From assembly GCF_964355755.1 (NCBI RefSeq), contig NC_092670.1, positions 18,276,795 to 18,340,794 on the forward strand: DNA of 64,000 nt, in the 5' to 3' direction. Source of the DNA: Antedon mediterranea. Lineage: Eukaryota > Animalia > Echinodermata. Below are positions 36,801 through 47,936 of this stretch, in pieces. Position numbers and translations under genes: made by a program. Each line of letters starts with the position of its first letter. Within the stretch, counting starts at the first letter, position 1. The notes under the pieces were generated by a model. The model was not told where the DNA came from. It made no database searches and saw only the letters and a program-made list of their open reading frames with translations.

Positions 36801-39477
36801 CAAGGAGCTGAGCTGGCAAACATTTTGTAGAATGGATTAAAGGTCAAAAAGACATATATTTTTTCCCCACATTTGCTGAAATATTCTATTAATAGGGAGG
36901 TTTCGCAACCTTACGAATACGATAACGACAACGGATACGTCACGCACACGTATTTGTTTTTCGTAAGCCAGTAAAAATCTGTTTCGCATGGCAACGAAAT
37001 ATTGAGGGCGCCATCCAAAATATGACTGCGGTAAATTTGAGCGAAGCGCAGGTACGTGTTGCTTGGTGCTTGGCTGCCTAGGCCTAGCGTAACATCAAAG
37101 CGAGTGAAGACTTTAAAAACTGCTATTTATCAAAATTGACCTGGCATTTTAGTAAATTACTTTCAATAAAGGTATAATTATATTATAGTCATGAATCATT
37201 CCTGATTCAAATGCAAAATGTGCAAAATAGATCAAAAACTATACTCGTTTTGTAGTTACGAATATGACTGGTGATATTCGTCAACACGAATACGCTTTAC
37301 GAATATGAAATGGGGATCAGCTCAACAGTTTCACAAATGTGTGACGTATCCGTTTTCGTTATCGTATTCGTAAGGTTGCGAAACCTCCCTATTATTTATT
37401 TAGTCCCCTGAACTGAGAGACTGCCTGTATGAATGGTATTATGTATTAAAGTACAATTGCATTCATAACTTTTTATACACTAAGAGTGTTAAATAAACAA
37501 ATATTTATGATCTAGCGTCATAAAGCATATGGTGACAGGTCCCATTTTCATCATAATTGTTTATTCTGAAAATGAAATTAACAGAGGATAGAGTATACTA
37601 TGTGTTTAAGAACATACACAACAACCAATTGATAAATATTAACGCTGAAATATTTTATAATTATTTATCTAGTCCCTGAGAGACAATGAATGGTATTATG
37701 AATGCATTAATATGACATTTTATACTACTGACAAAGAGTGTTACAATAGTTATGATCAGAGCAGTGTCATGTGGTGACAGGTTACATTTTTATCCTGAAT
37801 GATCTTTGAAAAAAAAGAAATTAACAGAGCATATATATGTGTTAAAGAACTTACTAGTTACTAAATATTTAAGAATCTGAAAATATTTATACAATTAAAA
37901 ATAAATATATGCTACAACAATTTGGTAACTTAGTATGATTTACATGAAATTTTAAAATTTGTGGGTTAAATTGTAATAAATGTTTGAGGTTAAATTGTAA
38001 TAAATGTTTGAGGTTAAATTGTAATAAATGTTTGAGGTTAAATTGTAATAAATGTTTGAGGTTAAATTGTAATAAATGTTTGAGGTTAAATTTGAATAAA
38101 TGTTTGGGGTTAAATTGTAAAAAAGTATTATTACAGTCATATAAATACAGTTTTTGATTAATATTATTTAAATATATTATTCTTTTTTTTTGCGTTAGTA
38201 CTTCATGATTCTACTATTTTGTTTGCTTTTATAACTTTTTTTTTCTGTAGACTATTGTACTAACTGATGGAAATTTTACTTTTTGAATAATTTATTTTAA
38301 TTTTATATTATTTATTAATAGGTAATAAGCTATACTGTAAGATGTGTTGTATGTATTATTATTATGCTAGTAAAAAAAATAAACAAAACTATATCAATCG
38401 ATGGCATACGGCTAGACTTACTTCATAACAATGACTCCCTTTCTCGAGGCAGCAGGAATATCAATGTTGTCGACACCCGTTCCAGCTCGTCCTATTATCT
38501 TCAAGTTAGTAGCAGCATTAATAACGTCTGCTGTAACCTTTGTAGCTGACCGCACAACAAGCCCATCATAGTTCTTTAAAACAATATTTCTTTTTATTTT
38601 ATATCATTCCTTTTTTTCGAAGTCTACTACTAGTTTTATTATATCTCAATTCTCATACAATTTATTTTCAGTATAAAAATAACATTTTATGATTTAAAAA
38701 GTGTGTTGGGGAGTGAATAATAATAATCAATGTACTCTGTTGGTTGGTGTCTTGTCATAGAATGACGTTCTGATATCTGATTGGCCAGTTATGGCTGTTT
38801 CAAGTTACCCCCTGGAGAAATATTGCCACTGTACGTAGTGAATAGCTTAATAATAACTTATTGACAGAAATTTAAACTCTAACATGTCAACATTAATTAA
38901 AAATTGGCAAAACTATGAATACATTCATGGGCTACTACTTTTAAGTTTCACTCCAGTCAGAGGGAGTAAGTATGTCATATTCAACCATCCCTGACCAACA
39001 GAATAATTAATATGCTAAAAATAGGGTTATACTATAGCATTATAAATTAGGCTAGTAATAGTATTCTAAAGAATACTTACAAAATAATAATTTACTTTTA
39101 GGACTAGGCCTAGGCTAACTTATAGTTGTATACAAGGTTTATTATACTTTTAATATTTCATATTTTCAAATAACTATATATCTGACTTAGTTTTAGAGGC
39201 CTTTTGGGTCAAGATCTAGGCCCTATGCCTTAATAATATTAATGAACCCCGGGCAGAACACAGAGCATGTTTCCCTGCTAGACACTTGTCAGAGGAAGTG
39301 TCATCATGCTCAGACAGCTTGTCACTTTAAAAAAAAACTCACCGGTATCTGACCGATTAACTCTTCTTTCGTCAGCTTAGTTTTTGTTTCAACGACAATA
39401 CCATTTGCTTGTAAGACTTCAGCACAAAGTGGCGACATTGCATCACTAATGAGCACTTTTTTCAAAGATAAAGCCAT
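30812..39477 (-). CDS. PHGDH: D-3-phosphoglycerate dehydrogenase, 11 exons, ~527 aa
   Basis: Exons: 39477-39343, 38573-38422, 36034-35969, 35492-35339, 35016-34884, 34572-34424, 33887-33735, 33172-33034, 32687-32560, 31857-31629, 30957-30812 (1584 nt, GT-AG, phase-consistent). Motifs: [56 protein letters not shown]. An in-frame upstream ATG exists at 39483. Confidence 0.97.
31374..31534. mobile_element. Harbinger-type MITE family A (PHGDH intron 10)
   Basis: agctctgtctacactatcaaactagtttg ... gtagacacagct. Confidence 0.9.
31918..32064. mobile_element. Harbinger-type MITE family A (PHGDH intron 9)
   Basis: taa|cgctctgtttacac ... gacagagct|taa. Confidence 0.88.
32394..32434 (-). ncRNA. Penelope-type minimal hammerhead-like motif (variant core)
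   Basis: Minus strand: gatc-TTGAAAA-t-ggttccatgatggttcc-GAAACGTC-gatc. Has a gatc/gatc stem I and the GAAACGTC signature; the first box deviates from CUGANGA. Confidence 0.45.
32719..32850. mobile_element. Harbinger-type MITE family A (PHGDH intron 8)
   Basis: taa|agctctgtctacac ... gtgtagacagagtt|taa. Confidence 0.9.
33274..33595 (+). mobile_element. tRNA-derived SINE with Deu/Nin-like central domain
   Basis: A-box tggcagagcgg, B-box ggttcgaggc, self-complementary head (agcgagtgag/ctcactcgct), central gataaggactataaaccgtaggtc, A-rich tail. Second copy at 25156-25305. Confidence 0.8.
33626..33722. mobile_element. Harbinger-type MITE family A, truncated, next to the PHGDH exon 7 donor
   Basis: atctctgcctacacttatcaaactttgtgac...cactaccatatg; the exon ends at 33735. 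Confidence 0.85.
34618..34753. mobile_element. Harbinger-type MITE family A (PHGDH intron 5)
   Basis: Both TIRs and the family core are present. Confidence 0.88.
36894..37390. mobile_element. Non-autonomous DNA transposon with ~55-bp TIRs (ISL2EU-like), probably young
   Basis: at|agggaggtttcgcaaccttacgaatacgataacga ... tcgttatcgtattcgtaaggttgcgaaacctccct|at. Near-perfect TIRs, AT flanks, CpG-rich. Confidence 0.88.
37400..37855. repeat. Old degenerate tandem duplication (~270-bp period) in PHGDH intron 2
   Basis: Blocks tagtccc, atgaatggtattatg, aagagtgtta, tggtgacaggt and gaaattaacagag each occur twice in the same order. Confidence 0.75.
37961..38119. repeat. 24-bp tandem repeat (tgaggttaaattgtaataaatgtt), ~6.5 units
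   Basis: Near-identical direct repeats. Confidence 0.95.
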
Positions 39478-39483
39478 TTTCAT

Positions 39484-40031
39484 TGATGGTAACCGTTTTC
39501 TTGGATAGAACACTGTCTGCCTCCTCAAGTCGAACAGCCGATGAAGACAAAACAACGGCGGAATCCTCCAAGTTGTTGTTATCATGCGTGACACGTGTGG
39601 TAAGTTTAAAGGTCAAACAATTACTTTACGCTTGAATGATCCTCCAATACTTTAAAAACTATAGAGGGGGACATACATAAAATAAACATTAAAAGTCATG
39701 TACAAATTATTATTTTATTAATATAACCGAATGATAACTGTATTAAGAACTAAGTTTATTTAAAAGTAGTTGTTCAACTTCAAAAATCTAAAAAATACAT
39801 TTATTTTATTTCATTGATACTATGTATTTTCATTATGACTAATACCAATAGTTGTTTTAGTTAATTCCTAAATTTATGCTCATAATATTAATCAATATTC
39901 AATCTATTATTTCGCCAATTATTGTTTTGTTCGCCCTTTTTAGAACTTGTCAAAATCAATCGCTCTAGGATTAGGTGTACTAGGATTTATCTAAACACTC
40001 ATACATTGTAGTTAGTAGTTCATATAAAAAA
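39484..40031. promoter_or_regulatory. Short intergenic region between head-to-head PHGDH and the MAM gene (likely promoters)
   Basis: Start codons at 39477 (-) and 40032 (+) are ~550 bp apart; CpG-containing 5' region with an E-box cacgtg at ~39592. Confidence 0.6.
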
Positions 40032-43000
40032 ATGATTGAAAGTGTCCAACAAATTTATTCACGAAAACATCTAGTTATTTATGTTTGTTGTATTTTCTGG
40101 TTACAATGTATTTCAGGTATGTGGATTACTTATTACTTTATTCAATATTCAAGTTAATTAAACTACAGAAACATTAGTATTAAGCATTTGTTATATAGTT
40201 TTTAAGTCCAAGTAGTACGTTTCGTTAGTGAACGGCCAGGGTACCTAGATAGAGAAACAATGATTTACGCGCGCGTTCAAATGTTGATAATTTGTACGTA
40301 CGCGCGCGTTCAAATGTTGATAATTTATACGTACGCGCGCGTCAATTTCGTGTTTCATTTTATCAATTTTTTTACGTAATTAGGTGACACAGACGTTTGT
40401 GATTTTGAGACAAATCAGTGTGGGTACACTCGAGACGACACCGGCTTCGCCAAGTGGTTCAGGAATTATGGTCCGTCCTGGTTGAGGAGTACAATGGGGA
40501 CGACTGGACCCGCAACTGACCACACTGAAGGGGCTGGTAAGTTTGTATAGAGCCCACACTATCATTTTTTGAATGAAGAGGAGTGGTGGTAGAATGAAAG
40601 TCCGTAATATGGACACTCGAAAAAAACAAAACTATAAATTGTTTTCCCTTTAATCTTTTGTTTTGTTTCCTCGAAATGATTATCGAAACTAAAATTGTCA
40701 GAAACAATGATACACTTATAATTTATTTCGATTTTTTATGGATTACCAACATGGTTTTAGCGGATTTTTATACAATAACGCATATTCATTTTTCATTATT
40801 TACTGAATATTAATTTAAAGAAACACTTTGACCAAATCACATTTATTTTTACAGAAACCGGTTTTTATATGGTGATGTTGAACATCCCCAACCTTTATGT
40901 ATACGACCCGGGGGACAAAGCACGTATTGTGTCACAATGCTACCCAGGAAGTCGCACAGTTGACGTCTCATTTTACTACCACATGTACGGGGACGGTATC
41001 GGACAACTGAACGTCTTCCTTGTTGACTGCAGCCTTGCATCGTCTCTCGGACTATCGGTAATTAGTCTATCTGGTGATCAAGGTGACGAATGGAAGTTGG
41101 CTGGATTCTCACAGGCTAATGTAGGAGAATTCAGGGTAAATAATTATAAAGCTTTTAGGCCTACACGAAAGATTTCTATCATTGTATTCTCCTTGTTGAT
41201 CATGTAACATCAGCTTATAATTGTAATCAAAAATAGCAGGGCTTCCCTGGTAATAATATAGATCATCTGTATGATTCGAGATTTTTTTAACGGGGAAGCG
41301 CCGAAAGCGTACTATCAAATAGTCTGTCAAAAATAGATATTAAAAAGTGACGTCATTTTAGCTGTGAAACAGGAGGGGCACGGTCAATGGTTAACCCCCT
41401 CCCCCAATATGTTAAGCCTATATAAATAGCCCGATATTATTTATTTTTTAAAGGTTTTGTTTGAGGCAGTTCGTGGGCCAACTAACAACAGCGATATTGC
41501 CATTGATGACATAACTGTAGAAAGTGAGTTGGAATTGATTTTCGCTTTGAGTAGTACAAGATTTTAATATAAAGTACGGTAATTAAAAGCTTTGTTATAA
41601 AGATGTAGAACCTGCAATTATTTCTTTTCTTTTAAACCAGGAACAGAGACAAATGCAGTCACAAACCCACAGGATTATTTAGATGAAGGTAAGTATGTAG
41701 GCCTATTAAAATAATTGTTGTCGCCACCTAACGCTATGTTAAATTTGTATCCATTTTGTGTCCATAAATAATCTTAAATGTTGATTTACTATGAAATAAA
41801 AACGAATTACGTCGAAAAAACAGTTTAATTCCCAATTAAGCCTGTTACAAGGTGAATGTAGGCCTATATTACGTGAATTGAAACGTCAGCATGCGAATCT
41901 TTTATTTCAATCTCTTTTTTGCGATGAGAAAAAATGCGCAACCAAAGTTTTAAAATAGGTTTTTGTCTTGAGTAAATACTATTTTATTAAACTAAATTGT
42001 TAACAATCGTGTTTGGCCATTTTTACTTGTTTGTAGCTTCTGTAGTATGCACGTTTGAAATAGATCCATGTGGGTACGTACAAGACAAAACAGACGACAC
42101 TGATATGATATACAACCACGGGACATCATGGCTTCGGCAAGTGGACGGGTCAACTGGTCCCACAAGTGACCACACCAATGGGATAGGTAAGAAGAGCGTG
42201 GCATCGGAAGGTAGAAATGTTCGAAAAAATCGGATCGAATTATTAAGCTTTGTTTCTGCTTAGACCACATCGGATATTTTGACCCATCATAACGCATGCG
42301 TTGCGCCTACGACATTGCGCTCGTCCAAAGGTGGAAACGAAGCTTTAGAAATGAAGGGCGTTGGTCTTTTTTAAATGCAAAACGCGGTGCGCGCGGCACA
42401 TACGTTAATCGAGCAACGTTTTAACGTCATTAGCGTGCCATAGCCCAACAGTTTTAATATTTTCATCTTTCATTTCCAGAAACAAACTTCTATATGATCT
42501 TAATGAATGTTCCCGGCCTGATAGACTTACAGCCTGAGGACAAAGCTCGTCTTATATCACCGTGTTACACAATTTCGTCATGGGTGCGAATTCAATTTTT
42601 CTACCACATGTACGGAGTGGGAATGGGGACGTTAAATGTGTATTCGTCAAATTGTGAGCAATTTTCGGAGAAAAGAATTTTAATCAGTATATCTGGTAAT
42701 CAAGGCGATGAATGGAGAGAAGGTAGTAGAACCGCACATGCGGAAGGTGGAGTTCAGGTAAAAATAAGATCACTTTTATCACATAATAAAGTTTCAGAAG
42801 CATAAAAGAGAACAGCCGGACCTTATAACCCTCTGCTTAACAGTTTTTTAAAAATCTTTAATTGTTTTAGTTCACATTTGAAGCTGTACGTGGATCAGAT
42901 TATACCAGCGATATTGCAATAGATGACATCGCCCTCTACGGTAGGTTAAACACGAACTTTTTTTAGTTAAGTGTGCCACAAGGCAATCTAACAGGACACT

Positions 43001-45109
43001 GAGCTCGCCTTGCTTTTGATCTCACGTCTGGTCGCGACAAATACCAACAGTACAGTACTATTTTATTCTTGCGCGGTGTCAGTTACGGGTTTGATCGTGT
43101 CGCAGCCACAGAAAAACCCTTTGATCTTCAGAGCTCAGCATCCTGTTAGATTGCCCTGAGTGTACACATCTACTACTCTAAAATAAAATAAAATATAGTT
43201 CAGTAACCCACTAAAAGTCTTTATCTAGTATTTCCATGGACCAAATAAAATCCATTAAACAAACATTTAAATAATTTTTTAATAATTAATGTTTTCTTGC
43301 ATTTAGCTCTCAACGAAGAAGATATAACCACCACCACAGAAAAAGTGACTACAATAAGAATAGTGACAACAGATGAAGGTAGATACACATTACTTGAGCT
43401 CTGTCTACACTATCAAACTGTGACAAAACAAATGTGTTGTGCCCATATATGGATACGATGACGTCATATCACTACCATATTAGGCACATCACACTTTTTT
43501 TTGTAAAAAAGACAGAGCTTTATTTATATTACTTTGTATAAATGAGAGCATTTCGTGTTTATTAATACTTTTTTTTATTTACAGCTCCTCTTGAACCGAC
43601 TCAAACTATTCCAGAAGTACCGGAAGTAGAAACCACTATGGGTAAGCAACTCACTATATCTTTCCTTTTCTTTAATATTTATTGTAGCATCATAAATAAA
43701 TAAAGCCATAGAGTTAAATATTTGCAGTTTGTGTTTTTATATAATATGGTAAATTTTTCAGTGGAACCAACAACACAGCAAAAGGTCACGACATCAGAGG
43801 TCATTGAGGCAACCGAAGGTAAATTAAATGTTTGTCACGTGAATATTTAATACTTTAGCAAAATAATATTGGGAAAACTTTAAAATGGCATATATTTTAC
43901 AAAAATTCCTTGACGCAATGCAAGAAGTAAGCGCAACGCAAGTTATTCGACCAATCACGACGCGATGGATCACCGAACTGTCGTTTCTGATTGATCAACT
44001 AACTTGCGTTGGATAGAGGAACTTGTGTCCAAGTGGGAATCAAGCTGTACGTAGAGAACAAAGGAAGATAAGTTTTATCGAATTTATTTTTGTTACTCTT
44101 TAGAAGTTACGACGACGGAAGCCCAAGTAGACCCATGTGATCCCAATCCGTGTCAGAATGGGGGTGAATGTTCAGTCGACAGTTCAAATTCTTACGCATG
44201 CGTATGCATGACACAGTGGACTGGGGACAATTGTGAGTCTGAAGGTACGTAAGATTTTAATAAATCTCATTTTCCTAAATAATGTACTGTCAAAGCAAAG
44301 TTTGTTCATTTGCTAAGAGCATGGTTAGTCGTACTCACTTTCTTCAAAAAACTTATTTATAATTCAATCCTAACAACGATGACCTGCTAACAAGTACATA
44401 TACTGATTCACCAGTACACCACTAATAAACAATGGATACCTATAACTGTAGTTTGCTTCGTATTTATATCATGTATTACGTCATTCTATGAATCATATTC
44501 ACTTCACACATTTTTAAAATAAAATGTATAATTGTTTTTTCAGCGCAAACTGGCCTTTCTGCTACTACTGAAGAAGACAGTTCTGGCCTGACGGCTATTA
44601 ACATTGTTGCCATTGTCATCGCCTGCATCACGGTAATTGTCCTTCTAGGATGTTTCCTTATTTTCGGGTACAGAGGACGAAACAACACACAGGATACAAA
44701 ACAGCGAAAACTACAATCACAACCGTCTTACGAACGCGCAAGGCAGCTACAAGAACAGTTACAAGGAAGGCAGATGCATTTACCGAAGACAAAACAGACG
44801 TACCAACAGAAACAGCAACTGTTAGAGGAGGAAAAAAGGCGGCAACGAGAAGAGCAGCAGAGACATGAAGAAGCAGAGCGGTTAAGAAGGGAGCGGCTTA
44901 GAGAGCTACATTTAGAACGTGAACGTCAGTTGCAAGAGCAGCTAGAAAAAGAAGAAGACGAAGATCCGGAGCTTTATACAATTAAAAATCAGATATCAAC
45001 AGACAGTATTGAGGAAGATGATCCCACGAGAGTGCGTCCTCCATTACGAAAACAACAGTCGAGCGGAAGACGATTACCAAAACTTCCCAACAATCAGAAT
45101 TTCGTGTAA
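40032..45109 (+). CDS. Type I membrane protein: signal peptide, 2 MAM domains, Thr/Glu-rich stalk, EGF domain, TM, Gln/Glu/Arg-rich cytoplasmic tail; 13 exons, ~675 aa
   Basis: Exons: 40032-40116, 40384-40536, 40855-41135, 41454-41523, 41641-41688, 42037-42186, 42480-42757, 42871-42940, 43307-43378, 43585-43641, 43762-43818, 44104-44244, 44544-45109 (2028 nt, phase-consistent). MAM hallmarks occur twice: CxFE..CGY, TGPxxDHT, FxYHMYG..G.LNV, GxQGDEW, FEAVRG...DIAIDD. EGF: CDPNPCQNGGEC...CVC...WTGDNC. TM: IVAIVIACITVIVLLGCFLIFGY. Confidence 0.9.
40255..40356. repeat. Small CpG-rich palindromic/tandem element (33-bp unit tacgcgcgcgttcaaatgttgataatt) in intron 1 of the MAM gene
   Basis: ~2.5 direct units bounded by inverted gaaac..acgcgcgcgt / acgcgcgcgt..gtttc. 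Confidence 0.7.
42979..43158. mobile_element. hAT-like MITE
   Basis: caaggcaatctaacagga ... tcctgttagattgccctg; flanks agtgtgcca / agtgtaca resemble a decayed 8-bp TSD. Confidence 0.7.
43397..43519. mobile_element. Harbinger-type MITE family A (MAM gene intron 9)
   Basis: agctctgtctacactatcaaac ... gacagagct. Confidence 0.88.
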
Positions 45110-47808
45110 AGATGTACAATGTAGGTCCTGGTAGAGAGATTATTTTAAAGAATTTATAGTGTATAATACTATAGTCTAGATATAGTGTGTAAATTAAAAT
45201 ATTAGAGTATTATTAAATGTCTGTCATGGTATAGGTAATGTATATAGGCCTAAATTTGTTTTTAATGAACCGTAATTTTCATTTAGGCCTACAAAATGGC
45301 AATAGTTTTTTAATAAATTAGAATAATTGAAATTTGATTAAAAACCAACCTTTTATGTTTTAACAAATTATCACGGTGCATTTTACTACATTCCATTACA
45401 GTTATTACAAATTCTTATAACACTATGATATGAAGATATTTCGTAAAAACTGAGTTATCTTTTACTAAAGTCACGTCAGTCTTTTTTCAAAGTGTTTGTA
45501 TAGAGTGTATAATCCACGTTTTTAAGTTATGATGAGTGTATAATTTTGGTTATGATTCTATTCTATGTTCATGCTTGGTTCCTTCCCACTAGAACGAACG
45601 CAATGACGCAATTGATATTTCGGTTTAATGTGATTGGTCAAATTATTATGATGCGTGTACGTCGTCCTCGCGCTGCATCCTTCTAGTTGGAAAACTTTGC
45701 AACAATATGTGGATGGGCTTAAACGCTTTGTTCTCGGCGTTGCAAGTGCTGCACGCCGCGTGCGCACTGAAACCGTGATGGAATGCAGCGCTAGTACCAT
45801 TTTATTCTCGTATGCGTCGGAAATGACCTTGGTTTGGGAACATTTTATTATTAACCACCAAACTACCCTTTTCTAAAAATTGTAGTAAATTAATCAAAAC
45901 CATCCGATGTCTGAAGTCGTGATGAAAACTTAATTAGAATCGTATTAGTATCTTTGCTCAAGATTGAACTGTCTAAAAGTGCAAACACGTGACATCGAAA
46001 AGTCTGTTGTGTACAGAATCGTGGTACTTTTTGTGTATGCCAAGACAAGAGGTATACGGTAACCGATTTCTCAGTTCAGTGCTGTATCTATTTATTTAAA
46101 ACCTTATCAGGAGAAAATATTAGAAGTAGCACCTGTTTATATGGTCCTCCTGTTATCCTATATCGCCACATACTACATTATTTTGCCCAGTGTATCATAG
46201 GGACAATTCGGTATTATATACAGCCTTTGGTTCCACTAGGATGTAACGCAAGAACGTAAGGGAAATCACAGGCGGGTGGACCAATGGCAAGCGATAGTTT
46301 GGATATAGTCCATCGCGTGTGATTGGTCAAATGTCTTACGTTGCGCTGCATCCTAGTGGGAACGAAACTTTTAAGATACAGGCACATTTTTTAAATTTTG
46401 TTGTAAGACTTTTGTTTATTCGTTTATTGTTTCACATAAAAAATATAAAGAAATCACTTAGAATTAGCATCATAATTATTTCACTAATTTGTGTTTATTG
46501 TGTGAAGACTCAAATATGTTACAGAAGTATTAAATTAATCTTACTTCTGTGTAGAAAACTAGTGCTCCTCTCCTCTAGCAGGTACTGCTAGCCGGCGGTA
46601 CGGCGATTCCCAGCCGACCATAGGGGTCACCGGGATTAACTGCACGTGCTTGATGACAGCTGATATTTTGATTTTTCCAAGGATATTTCCCTAGAGTAGC
46701 GGCCGGATACCCTGGAAATTGCTAGCGATAATTTCCGTAAGATTATAAATTGATACTTCGCGTTTTCGGTTGATCCTTTATGATCACGTGAACAAATGAT
46801 AAAGCTACGGCCTGTTGTATTATAAAACTGTATCCTTTTAAGTTTTATGGTTGTGGAGAGGGTCTATTGCAAGCTGCTTCCGAAGTAGGCCTAGTGGATG
46901 CATTAGACGGGTCGGATCTTTCGTATAGCAAGCAATTTTTTAGCACTACAACTGATTATAACTTGCATTCACACGACCAGATCGCTTGGTCCACTAGAGA
47001 CGCAACGCAATGACGTAAGCGCGACGTAGGTGGTTTGAAATATGTGTTCTTTCATTTTGTCGAGCATCACACGAAAATAAATTGAGGTGGAAGTGTGAAC
47101 GCCCGTATAGGTCCACGTCTTCGGACGAAATCTATTTGTTGTTTTATTTCGACTAGGCCTACAGTTCTAGTGTGAACTTGTATATATTTAGAAGGTCTGT
47201 GCGTTGAATGGTGTCGGGAAGGAGAATGAGGAAGCCTATACTTACAGTATTAAAATACGTTAGACGAAAAAGGTAAACTACTGTACATGCAGAATGGGTG
47301 ACTTAATCGGCAACATTGATGTGGTCAAAAGGAATTTGCATTTAAATAGCAAATAATGTATCAAAATTTGATTTATGGCTATGGGACGCTCATTATTAAG
47401 CAATGTGTACTCATTGAAAACGCAAATTACCCTTCTGCGCATACGGTACTAATAATAAAATAATACAGAAAGAATGTTAACCCTGGATATCAATAAATAT
47501 TAATAAACAGGCTTATAAGAAGTATTATTTAAAAATCATTATTTGTCAAGTTTAATGCAGTCATTAACTGTACCATTATTAATGTTAAGTCCAAAGAGGG
47601 GAGCTGACTAAGCTGAATTATCTCCTTCGTGGATTGGATAACTCGATTCCGACTTAAAACGAATATTTCCCCCCAGGTTTTGTTTCGCGTAGTTAGTGTA
47701 CTTTGAAATGGTGGCCTCCGAATTTACCCTAACCCTCTCTTCCACCTTCTACGCATTGTATACGCGTTGGTGTCAAATTCATATATATATATCTGATGTA
47801 CAGAATAA

Positions 47809-47936
47809 AGCTCTGTCTAAACTTTATGTGACACAAATTTTGGTATGCCCATATATGGAAATGATGACGTCATGTCACTACCATAATTGGGCACATCACA
47901 CTTTTTTAAAACTTGTTTGATAGTGTAGACAGAGCT
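47809..47936. mobile_element. Harbinger-type MITE family A (intergenic)
   Basis: taa|agctctgtct ... gtttgatagtgtagacagagct. Confidence 0.88.

Noticed and set aside
37400-37855. Duplicated intronic snoRNAs in PHGDH intron 2
   Set aside because: C/D or H/ACA boxes are not conserved in both copies.
43610-43626. 15-bp identity (ccagaagtaccggaa, PEVPE) between the MAM gene stalk and the gene at 526-540
   Set aside because: No similarity beyond the motif; consistent with chance in Pro/Glu-rich sequence.
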